Position numbers and translations under genes: made by a program
Source: Squalus acanthias
Taxonomy: Eukaryota
Direction of reading: 5' to 3'
DNA: 64,000 bases
Assembly (NCBI GenBank): GCA_030390025.1
Contig: CM059425.1
Span: 173,850,001 to 173,914,000 of the forward strand
Notes under the pieces: model-generated
What the model saw: the letters and a program-made list of their open reading frames with translations, nothing else
What the model was told of the DNA's origin: nothing
The model's database searches: none
In this document: positions 25,722 to 36,713 of the stretch, piece by piece
Numbering within the stretch: the first letter of the stretch is position 1
How the letters are laid out: every line of letters starts with the position of its first letter

Positions 25722-26918
25722 TAGAATCATAGAATTGTTACAGCACAGAAGAAAGCCATTCGGCCCATCGAGCCCATGCTGGCTCTCTGCAAGAACTAGT
25801 CCCACTCCCCCGCCCTTTCCCTGTAGCCCTGCAAATTTCTTTCCTTCAGATACTTATCCAACTCCCTTTAGAAAGCCGTGATTGAATCTGTTCCCACCAC
25901 CCTTTCAGGCAGTACATTCCAGATCTTAACCACTCGCTGCATAAAAAAGTTTTTTCTGTCCTCTGGTTCTCGACCCTCCTGCCAATGGGAACAGTTTCCC
26001 TCTATCTACTGTGTCCAGACCCCTCGTGATATTGAACACCTCTATCAAATATCCTCTCAATCTTCTCTGCTCCAAGGAGAACAACCCCAGCTTCTCCAGT
26101 CTGTCAACGTAACTGAAGTCCCTTATTCCTGGAATCATTCTCGTAAATCTTTTCTGCACCCACTCTAAGGCCTTCACATCCTTCCTAAAGTGTGGTGCCC
26201 AGAATTGGACACAATACTCCAGTTGGGGCCGAACCAGTGTTTTATAAAGGTTCATCATAATTTCCACACTTTTGTACTCAATACCTCTATTTATGAAGCC
26301 CAGGATCCCGTAAGCCTTTTTAACTGCTTTCTCAACCTGCCCTGCCACCTTCAACGATTTGTGCACACATACCCCCAGATCTCTCTGTTCGTGCACCCGC
26401 TTCAGGATTGTACCATTTAATTTATATGTCCTCTCCTCATTCTTTCTACCAAAATGTATCACGTCACTCTTTTCTGTGTTAAATTTCATCTGCCACGTGT
26501 CCGCCCATTTCACCAGCCTGTCTATGTCTTTCTGAAGTCTATCACTCTCCTCCTCACTGTTCACTATACTTCCAAGTTTTGTGTCATCTGCAAATTTTGA
26601 AATTGTGCCCTGTACACCCATGTCCAAGTCATTAATATATATCAAGCAAAGCAGTGGTCTTAGAACCGACCCCTGGGGAACACCACTGTATACCTTCCTC
26701 CAGTCTGAAAAACAACCGTTCACCACTACTCTCTGTTTCCTATCACTTAGCCAATTCCGTATCCATGCTGCCATTGTCCCTTTTATTCCATGGGCTTCAA
26801 CTTTGCTGGCAAGCCTATTATGTGGCACTTTGTCGAACGTCTTTTGGAAATCCATGTACACTACGTCAACTGCATTACCCTCATCAACGCTCTCTGTTAT
26901 CTCATCAAAGAACTCAAT
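25722..26918 (-). mobile_element. CR1 LINE, 5'-truncated
   Basis: 311-aa RT ORF at 25926-26861; tail at ~25722. Confidence 0.92.
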
Positions 26919-27645
26919 GGAATAAAGTAGTACAAGGATGAATTCTACGATCTAACAGTTCTATTTGTCTATATGAATTATTGTGTACTTTTCTTTTCTA
27001 CAAGCACGATTCTTTTGTGCTTGTATCTCAGGTTTTGAGAACTGACTCTCTGAAAACATTAGAAATGGATATATTAGGGCTGATTTTCCTCCCTCACATT
27101 GGCCTGGGCACTAGTCAGGTGAAGCATACCCTGAGAGGGGTGGGCATAACACTTGGGGGGAAAAATTCGGTTGATTATCGCTTCCCGTTAGCGCCCTAAG
27201 AGGGCGCTAACGGGGCGCAAAGCAACTAGCGCCGGGGCGCGGCAATGTTTGCACCACTCTCGAAATTGATCAGACATTTTGCGGCGGCGCTAAACACTAC
27301 CGCCACGATCTCCTGTGCCCGCAGATCGTGACGTCAGTCGAGCGTGCAACGCCCTGGTAGCGCCCCGGACCGGATATTGAGTGGTGCCCCTTGCCTTTCC
27401 GCCTGCTGCTAGCAACGACAGGTAGAGGGGAACGTTTTGCAGTCGGGAAGGGACTGGGGGAGCGCTATTTAAAGGCGACCTCTTCCTGCCTTTTTTTGTC
27501 GGTGACATTTTTGCACCACACATTCTGAGAGAGAGAGAGAGACTTCTGGAGAGATTCAACGCTGTGTGAAGGAGTTTTGGGTACTGAGCAGCACTTTGCA
27601 GGTTCTTTTTGATTTGACCTTCCTTGCATCGACTTAGAAGAGACT

Positions 27646-28858
27646 TTGGGGGCTGCACTGATTCGGGGCGTTGTCCTGCACCTGCAGAATCGGAGGCATC
27701 AGAGACGCAGAGAGAGAGTGGCAAACATGGCCAGAGGGAGGAGGGCCAACAGGCCTCTGCACAGGAGACCTTACCCTCCCAGGGTATTCCAGGAGCAATT
27801 CTCCTACATTCATTTGTCTGAGGCGCAGTGTTTGCGCAGGCTGTGCTTCAGCAAGGAGGTGGTCACTGAGCTCTGCCACCTGCTGCAACCAGATCTGCAG
27901 CCTCAACTGAGGACCAGGACGTCTCTGTCGGTGGCAGTAAAGGTCACAGTGGCTCTGAATTTTTATGCCAGCGGCTCCTTTCAAGTCCCTACTGGGGACA
28001 TTACCAATATCTCCCAGTTCGATGTCCAGTGCTGTATCCGGGAAGTGACAAATCGCCTGTATAAAAGGAAACGCCAGTACATCTCTTTCCCCCATGACCC
28101 AGGCCAAACAGCATGAACGCGCATGTGGCTTTGCTAGGATAGCGGGCTTCCCCATGGTGTAGGGAGCCATTGACTGCATGCATGTGGCATTGCGGGCACC
28201 GCATGAAAATGCAGAGGTTTTCCGAAGCCGCAAGGGCTATCACTCCTTAAATGTCCAGTTGGTCTGTGACCACAGACATCCCATATTTGTCGTCAATGCC
28301 CGCTATCCTGGCAGCAGCCACGATGCTTTCATCCTGCGCCAGACTGGTGTGCCAGACCTTTTCCAGACACCGCATCACCCAAGTGGATGGCTCCTCGGGG
28401 ACAAGGGTTATCCACTCTGCACCTGGCTGATGACACCGCTCCGTAACCCCAACACCCCTGCCGAGCTGTGGTATAATGAGAGCCATATCACCACCAGGAA
28501 CATAATTGAGCAGACGATCGGTGTGCTCAAGCAACGGTTCCGCTTTCTGGACCACTCAGGAAGAGCCCTGCAGTACTCTCCTGAGCGAGTCTCCCTCTTC
28601 ATAGTTGTATGCTGCATGATTCACAACCTGGCAATCCTGAGGACCCAGCCAATGCCACCAGGGATTGGTGCACCACCTGAGGAGGAGGATGAGGAGGATG
28701 ATCAGCAGCAGCACCAAGGTGGGAGGGAGGCCCACAATGTTGCCACTGCAAGGGCCGTCCGTCAACGGCTGATAACAAGCCGCTTCTATGCCCCTACTCA
28801 GAAGATGGCTTCTGGCATGGAGAACAACATCATGGAAAGCAACCCGCACCCCCTATAG
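27646..28858 (+). pseudogene. Harbinger transposase with frameshift (~28085), in-frame TAG (28160) and no ATG start
   Basis: ORFs 27646-28116 and 28178-28858 carry the DDE motifs. Confidence 0.9.
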
Positions 28859-29101
28859 CCGGCCAAAGCTGCAATGATTTCAAAGGCCAAAAATGTCAAT
28901 TTTAAATACAACAACTTTTTTCTTTAACAAACTCTGTGTATGTCATTTATTCAGGACAAACAATTAGAAACAAACACAACAAATCATGAATTAACAGAAC
29001 TGGTTCTCACAAGCTGGAGAAAAACGCCAAAACAGTAAACAAATGTAATCAGACGAACCTCCAATTTTACTACAAACATTCCCACCATTTATTTAGACCC
29101 C

Positions 29102-30810
29102 CTACTGTTTGCCCTTCGAGGGTGATCTCCATCCCCTGCGCACTTCCCCCCTTCCCACCCTACTGCTCCTCCGTAATGTGGCCCCAGTGGCTGCAGCAAG
29201 GCTGGTGGAAGGCTGCTGAATGTCAGATGCTGAGACTTCAGATGCCCTTGAAGGACACCCTCGACCAGCCCTGGCTGCAGACTGCACCAACTCTGCATGG
29301 GCGGCAGCAGTCTGGGCTGGCTGTGTTGCAGGCGGTGGCAAGTGCAATGGGGAAGTGACAGTGGTGGGAGCAGGAATGCTGTCATCCTGAGAGAGGACAA
29401 CACCTTCCTGCTCGACCGACACACTGGCACTCCCAAGGGGCAGTACCTCAGCATCCAGAGCAATCTGCTCGAGCACAGATTGCTGGCCTGCTGCGGCACC
29501 ATGAGAGCCCCGGGGCAATGTGGCCGACGCAGTGACGATGGCAGCAGTCAGTGCTTGCGTTACATCAATCTGAGACTGCATGAGAGCACTCCTTGCCAGT
29601 CCATCAATGCTTTCGGGCACCCTTGCCATTGCACCCATGTGCATGCTCAAGGCCTGGCTATTCATTTCCGCAATGACGCGCTCCTCCTCTGCGTCCAGTG
29701 CAGCAGGACTCGCTTGCCTACTCGCCCTCCGGGGAGATGATCCACGAGCTTCCCTACCCCCCATGGCGTTGCTGCAGCCCACTGGGTCCCGGAGCTTCGT
29801 CCTCATCATACCCTTCCCCCCTGCTCCCTTCCATGGAAGACGTGGTCCCAGTGTGGGCATGGGCTCCCTCGGGAAACGCAGGCGCTGAGGCTCCGGCTTC
29901 CTCTTCCTCCTCGCCTGGAGCGTCGCTCCCACTGGTTGGTTGAGGGACAGGCTGCTCAGCTGGTGGTTCACTATCTGAAAGCAGGGAGGTACAAGAGTGG
30001 CTTTAGCGTCAGGACAGGGGGGCAGTAAGAGAGCAAGGACTGGAGACATTTAGTAAGTTGGATTGAAAGTGTAAAAGGCTGGTGTTGTTAGGGGAAAATG
30101 GAATGAGAGAGGAGAGAAAGCTGATGAACTTACCATTGCTGTCCCCAAGGGGGTCGACCTCTCCAGCGGCCACGGCACCTATCACCTGGCTGGCAACGAT
30201 TCTGTGCACGCGCGCCTCCAAATCGCTGAGGGTCTGCAGCTCAGCCGGCCCTCCAGCCGTCCGTTGCTGCTGGCGCCTGTTGTGAGATAGCTTGGTCTGC
30301 AAGAAAAAGGACGGCGTCTGAGTGAATGTGCAGCCATGTGCTTGCCTGATGTGCCTCCCATAGTTGAATACCCCTTAATGTATGCAGCCATGTGCTTGCC
30401 TGATGTGCCTCCCATAGTTGAATACCCCTTAATGTATGCAAGGTGTGGAATGTGCGTGTGTGTTTTATGAGATGGCCATAGGTCTTGGATGAGTGTTGGG
30501 CATTTGGGGTTTTTAAACCCTCTGGGCACAGAGTGAAGTTGAGATGAAGGGATGTAGAGGTACTGAAAAGCAGCCACTCACCCTGACCACCCGAGTGAGG
30601 TCGTTGAACTTTTTCCGACATTGGGTGTGGGTCCTGGGCACCATGCTCCTGGAAGAGACGTGCTAAGCCACCTCCCTCCACACTCTTCTATATTCGCGTG
30701 GCAATGGCCTTCTGTGGGTAGAGTACTGACCTTCGGCACTCCACTGTGCCAACCAGAGCCATCAAGGCCCAGTCGTTGAAGCGCTGAGCTCGTTCCCTGG
30801 GCCTCTCCAT
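29102..30810 (-). pseudogene. Harbinger Myb/SANT-like gene, three exons (30810-30582, 30296-30134, 29974-29102)
   Basis: MERPRERAQRF...QCRKKFNDLTRVVR|GTGAGT; gcag|TKLSHNRRQQQRT...N G|GTAAGT; tttcag|. Confidence 0.82.
30329..30440. repeat. Perfect 54-bp tandem duplication in Myb intron 1
   Basis: CAGCCATGTGCTTGCCTGATGTGCCTCCCATAGTTGAATACCCCTTAATGTATG at 30331 and 30385. Confidence 0.9.
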
Positions 30811-31184
30811 TGTTTTTTCCAGCAGAATTGAAGTACAGGTCTGTCCAGGCTGCGATTCAAGGCTGCAATGAGCAGGGTGTGGCAGGAGAGCAAGATCGAC
30901 CCTCCCCTTTAAGAACTGGCCGGCGCCAGTGTGTCTGTGTTCCATTGCTAACTGACATCACCTGAGCTTCGCCAGCGCTCCTCGGTAGCGCCTCGCTCCT
31001 CGGCGTTAGCGCCTTAAGAGAGGTGTGTAGCGCCAGATTTAGCGCTCAAATCACCTCCAGGGGCGATAGAGGCCAAGTTTGCAGTCAGAGGCGATAATTA
31101 GCGCCAGGCGCTAAACTTTGTGCCCGGCCGATAATTGCGCCCCAAACGGGGCGATACCGAATTTCTCCCCCTTGAGGTCTAATT

Positions 31185-33446
31185 CATAAGAACATAAGAA
31201 GTAGGAGCAGGAGTAGGCCATATGGCTCCTCGGGCCTGCTCCGCCATTCAATAGGATCATGGCTGATCCGAGCCTAGACTCACGTCCACTTCCCTGCCCG
31301 CTCCCCATAACCCTTAATTCCCTTATCAGCTAGGAAACTGTCTATCTCCGTTTTAAATTTATTTAATGTCGCAGCTTCCACAGCTCTCTGAGGTAGCAAA
31401 TTCCATAGATTTACTACCCTCTGAGTGAAGAAGTTTCTCCTCATCTCAGTTTTGAAATGGCAGCCCCTTATTCTAAGATTATGCCCCCTAGTTCTAGTCT
31501 CACCCATCAGTGGAAACATCCTCCCTGCCTCCACCCGATCAAGCCCCCTCACAATCTTATATGTTTCGATAAGATCGCCTCTCATTCTTCTGAATTCCAA
31601 TGAGTAGAGGCCCAACCTACTCAACCTTTCCTCATAAGAAACCCCCTCATCTCCGGAATCAACTGAGTGAACCTTCTCTGAACTGCCTCGAGAGCAAGTA
31701 TATCTTTTCTTAAATATGGAAACCAAAACTGTATGCAGTATTCTAGGTGTGGCCTCACCAGTACCTTGTATAACTGAAGCAAGACTTCCCTGCTTTTATA
31801 CTCCATCCCCCTTGCAATAAAAGCCAAGATTCCATTGGCCTTCCTGATCACCTGCTGTACCTGCATACTAACCTTCTGTGTTTCATGCACCAGGACCCCC
31901 AGATCCCTTTGTACTGTAGCACTTTGCAGTTTCTTTCCATTTAGATAATAACTTGCTCTTTGATTTTTTCTGCCAAAGTGCATAACCTCACACTTTCCAA
32001 CTTTATATTCCATCTGCCAAATTTCCGCCCACTCACTTAGCCTGTCTATGTCCTTTTGCAGGTTTTTTATGTCCTCCTCACTCACTGCTTTTCCTCCCAT
32101 CTTTGTATCGTCAGCAAACTTGGATACGTTGCACTTGGTCCCCTCCTCCAAATCGTTAATATAGATTGTAAAGAGTTGAGGTCCCGGCACTGACCCTTGC
32201 GGAACACCACTAGTTACTGATTGCCAACCCGAGAATGAACCATTTATCCCAACTCTCTGTTTTCTGTTAGATAGCCAATCTTCCACCCATTCCAGTATAT
32301 TACCCCCAATCCCGTGATTTTTTATCTTGTGCAGTAATCTTTTGTGTGGCACCTTATCAAATGCCTTTTGGAAGTCCAAATACACCACATCCACTGGTTT
32401 CCCTTTATCCACCCTGTTTGTTACGTCCTCAAAGAATTTGAGCAAATTTTTCAAGCATGATTTCCCCTTCATAAAACCATGCTGACTCTGTCCGATTAAA
32501 TTATGCTTATCCAAATGTCCTGTTACTGCTTCCTTAATAATGGACTCCAACATTTTACCAACCACAGATGTTAGGCTAACTGGTCTATAGTTTCCAGCCT
32601 TTTGTCTACCTCCCTTTTTAAATAAGGGCATTACATTAGCAGTTTTCCAATCTGCTGGGACCTTTCCCGAATCCAGGGAGTTTTGGAAAATTACCACCAA
32701 TGAATCCGCAATCCCTACCGCTGCTTCTCTCAAGACCCTAGGATGTAAGCCATCAGGTCCAGGGGATTTATCCGCCTTAAGTCCCATTATCTTACCGAGT
32801 ACCATCTCCTTAGTGATTTTAATCTTGTTTAGCTCCTCCCCCCCATAGCCCCCCATTTGTCCAGTGTTGGGATATTTTTAGTATCCTCTACTGTAAAGAC
32901 TGATACAAAATATTTGTTCAGCGTATTTGCCATCTCCGTGTTCCCCACTACTAATTTCCCGGTCTCGTCCTCTAAGGGACCAACATTCACTTTAGCCACC
33001 CTTTTTCTTTTTATATAACTGTAGAAACTCTTGCTATCTGTTTTTATATGTTTTGCTAGTTTACTTTCATAATCTATCTACCCCTTCTTAATTAATCTTT
33101 TAGTTATTCTTTGCTGGCTTTTAAATGCTTCCCAATCTTCTATCCTCCCACTAGATTTGGCTACTTTATATGCCCTTGTTTTCAGTCGGGTACTATCCTT
33201 TATTACTTTACTTAGCCACGGATGGCTGTCTTTTCTTTTACGCCCCTTTTTCCTCAATGGAATATATTTTTCTTGAAAGTTGTGAAATACCTCCTTGAAT
33301 GTACACCACTGCTCCTGTACTGTTTTACGCCTTAATCTATTTTCCCAGTCCACTTTAGTCAACTCTGCTCTCATACCTTCATAGTCTCCTTTATTTAAGC
33401 TTAGTACGCTGGTTTGAGATCCAACTCTCTCACCCTCCAACTGAAT
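31185..33446 (-). mobile_element. CR1 LINE, 5'-truncated
   Basis: 411-aa RT ORF at 31621-32856; tail CATAAGAACATAAG. Confidence 0.93.
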
Positions 33447-33559
33447 TCTTCTGGATGCTCTCGCATTTGAGCACCAGCCCGGCATACCCGCAGGAGGTGC
33501 TGCTAGGTTGCTTCTGCTCATTTGCATGGAATTAGAATGCTTGCATCCGACAACAAATG

Positions 33560-33965
33560 AAGGACTTGGGAGAGGAAAGAGAGGTTGGAGATGGAGTGGT
33601 AGTTTGCAAGGACAGAGGGTTCAAGGTAGAGAAGATGTTTCCACTTATGGGGGAGACAAAAACTAGGGGCTATAATTCTAAGTTAGTCACTAATAAATCC
33701 AATAGGGAATTCAAGAGAAACTTCTTTACCCAGAGAATGGTTAGAATGTGGAACTCGCTACCACAAGGAGTACTTGAGGCGAATAGCATAGATGCATTTA
33801 AGGGGAAGCTAGATAAACACATGAGGGAGAAATGAATAGAATGAAATGTTGATAAGGTTCGATAAGTAGGGTGGGAGGAGACTCACATGGAGCATAAATA
33901 CCGGCATGGGTCAGTTGGATCGAATGGCCTGTTTCTGTGCTGTACATTTTATGTAATTCTATGTA
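33560..33965. mobile_element. Short L2 fragment (-) joined to a CR1 3' end (+, 33626-33965)
   Basis: FFTQRMVRMWNSLP and a TTCTATG tail; the first ~65 bp are antisense to an L2 RPISNLPFLSK-type region. Confidence 0.7.
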
Positions 33966-35730
33966 GACTAGTCAGACATGACCTACCCTTCACAAATCCG
34001 CGTTGACTCTCTTTGATCAGCTCGTACTTCCTAAGTGCTCAATTATTCTGTCACTGATGATAGATTCCAGTCACTTCCCCACAACTGCTGTTCAACTGAC
34101 GGGTCTGCAGTTACCTAGTTTCTTAAATAATGGAGTGACACTTGCAATTTTCCAATCCAAAGGCACAATTCCTGAATCTCTAAGCGAGCCTTCTAAAATT
34201 ATGATTGTCGTTCCTGCAATTTCCTCACTTATTTATATTAATACACTGGGGTGGAAACCATCATGTCCTGGTGATTTGTCTATCTTATGTGCTATTATTT
34301 CCACCATTACCGTTTTTTACTGATATTGGGCCAACATTTGCGATCGGAGGCTTCCCGCAGGCGGATGCCTCCGACCTACAAAAATTCTACAAATTTACCT
34401 GGTGGCCTGGGAGATATGGAGGCTTGCGATCCTGGGCCTCTCCGGTTTCCCGCGGGCAGAGGCCCACGCATTCCAGGGACGCAGGCGGTTTGTAGGCGCC
34501 CCTGGGATCACATGGGCCGGCCCAACCAATAAAAGAAGGGAATCCCCATTTATACTTATTGGAGTTCTGTATGTATGGAACTCCAATAAGTATGAATGGG
34601 GTTCACTTAAAAAATACACTAACACATGAAATATATTTTTTTTAAATTACGTATTTAAAATTAATTAAAATGCCATTTAATTAAATATTTTAAACAAAAA
34701 TTAATTTTATTATATGTTTTTATGGGGCTAAAAATAAACTTACCTTATTGAAGAGTATTTTTAATTTATAAATGAGTGATAAAATTTTATTTTTCTATTT
34801 TTTAAAACTCTTATGCTGGTAAAAGCAGTCCTTATGCCTGCTTTTACCATGCGTAAGAATTTGACAGGCATTCAGCAGGCGGAAGTTGTGCAAATAGCGC
34901 AACTCTCCACCCACGGAGGCCCTTCTCCAGGGGATGCGGAGGATATGTCAGGCGAATTCTTGACAGATCGCAAGTGCCGGGTTTTAGCGCACGCACACCT
35001 CGTACTCACCCGTAGGGGTCGCAAAATACGGCCCATTAAATCCACTAAGTACCTCCCCTTGACTTAACTTTATGTTCCCTTGTACCACTGGTATTGTGTC
35101 CTCTTCCTGATACAAAGTACTGATTTAACAAGTCTGCCATTTCGTTACTTTCTACTATAGACTCGCAACCTCTGTCTTTAATGGACCCCGTTCTCCTTTA
35201 CCATTCGCTTTCTGTTAATATATTTAGAAAAACTTTTTCAGTTAGTGTTGATATCGCTTGCATTTTTTTCCTTTTTCCTTTTTGAACCTATTACTTTCTT
35301 TGTATCCCTTTGTTCCTTTTTGTAGCTCTCCCTGGATTTCCACTTTTCCTTACATTTGTAGTAAGTCTTTTCTTTTAGCTTGATACTGTCTCTTACCTCA
35401 TTTGTTGACCATGATTGCTTAACTGTGCAAGTGAAGCCTTTGCTTTTTAGGGGTATGTACTTATTTTGTTTTGTACCAAATACTTCTTTGAATACTTCTC
35501 ACTGTTTGTAGGTTTACCCATTAATAGTTCAGCCCAGTTTACTGTGGTCAATTCATTTCTCATCCCATCAAAGTTTCCCTTACTTAAATTTAAAACCTTG
35601 GTTTGAAACTCTCCTTTCTCCCTCTCAAACATAATATCAAATTCACTCATTTTATTGTCACTATTCGCAAGATGTTCCCTTACCATCAGATTGTTAAGTA
35701 ATTTTGTAAAATATAGAAGTGGAGGCATAT
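33966..35730 (-). mobile_element. Old CR1 ORF2 fragment interrupted by a MITE
   Basis: Degenerate antisense RT and EN-linker sequence on both sides of 34328-35034. Confidence 0.7.
34328..35034. mobile_element. Harbinger-type MITE with GC-rich ends and an AT-rich core
   Basis: GGGCCAACATTTGCG and CGCAAAATACGGCCC with ATT TSD; related to 62946-63651. Confidence 0.78.
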
Positions 35731-35769
35731 AATATTATTTATAATTAAGCCTTAGGTTTAATCCAGCCA

Positions 35770-36399
35770 CATAAATACTGTGGCAACAAGAGCAGGTCAG
35801 AGGCTAGGTATTCTGTGGCGAGTGTCTCACCTCTTGACTCCCCAAAGCCTTTCCACCATATACAAGGCACAATTAAGGAGTGTGATGGAATACTCTCCAC
35901 TTGCCTGGATGAGTGCAGCTGCAACAACACTCAAGAAGTTCGACACCATCAAGGACAAAGCAGCCCGTTTGATTGGCACCCCATCCACCACCTTAAACAT
36001 TCACTCCCTCCACCACAGGCATACCGTGGCTGCAGTGTGTACCATCTACAAGATGCACTGCAGCAACTCGCCAAGGCTTCTTCGGCAGCACCTCCCAAAC
36101 CCGCGACCTCTTCCACCTAGAAGGACAAGGGCAGCAGGCGCATGGGAACACCACCACCTCCAAGTTCCCCTCCAAGTCACACACCATCCTGACTGAGAAG
36201 TATATCGCCGATCCTTCATCGTCGCTGGGTCAAAATCCTGGAACTCCCTACCTAACAGCACTGTGGGTGTACCTTCACCACAGGGACTGCAGCGGTTCAA
36301 GAAGGCGGCTCACCACCACCTTCTCAAGGGCAACTAGAGATGGGCAATAAATGCTGGCCTTGCCAGCGACGCCCACATCCCACAAACGAATAAAAAAAA
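35770..36399 (+). mobile_element. 3' fragment of the second Jockey-group LINE family
   Basis: IYKAQLRSVMEYSPLAW; A-rich end. Confidence 0.85.
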
Positions 36400-36515
36400 T
36401 CCATAATTTTCTTCTTTTACACAATTTTACAATTATTACTCACTTCCTGCCAAAAGCATAATGTCTCAAATTATGAAATCTAATCATTTTATGTTAGTTG
36501 ATTAGATGACTACCA

Positions 36516-36713
36516 GAAGGATGTAGTCATATAATCAACTAATACAAAATGATATCTATAGTAGATACTGAAGTCACTATGAGTAGAAAGTGAGAGCAGG
36601 TTAGGGGCCTGTGTCTCCCTCACTGTAGCCTATTAAATCTACTGCTGGATTGTTATAACACCTCCCCCACCCCCCACCCGCCCGACCACCCCCATCAAGA
36701 ATCGACCAAAAAG
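36516..36713 (+). repeat. Direct repeat copy A (partner of 43110-43296)
   Basis: GAAGGATG..GTCATATAATCAACTAATACAAAATGA...ACCAAAAAG is present twice. Confidence 0.9.

Larger units (their letters stand above)
27156..31171. mobile_element. Full-length two-gene Harbinger transposon (4.0 kb)
   Basis: TIRs GGGGGAAAAATTCGGT and ACCGAATTTCTCCCCC with TTG TSD at 27153-27155 and 31172-31174. Confidence 0.92.

Noticed and set aside
31185..33965. Another double-tailed CR1 event
   Set aside because: About 180 bp of unrelated and L2 sequence separates the pieces, and the tail types differ.
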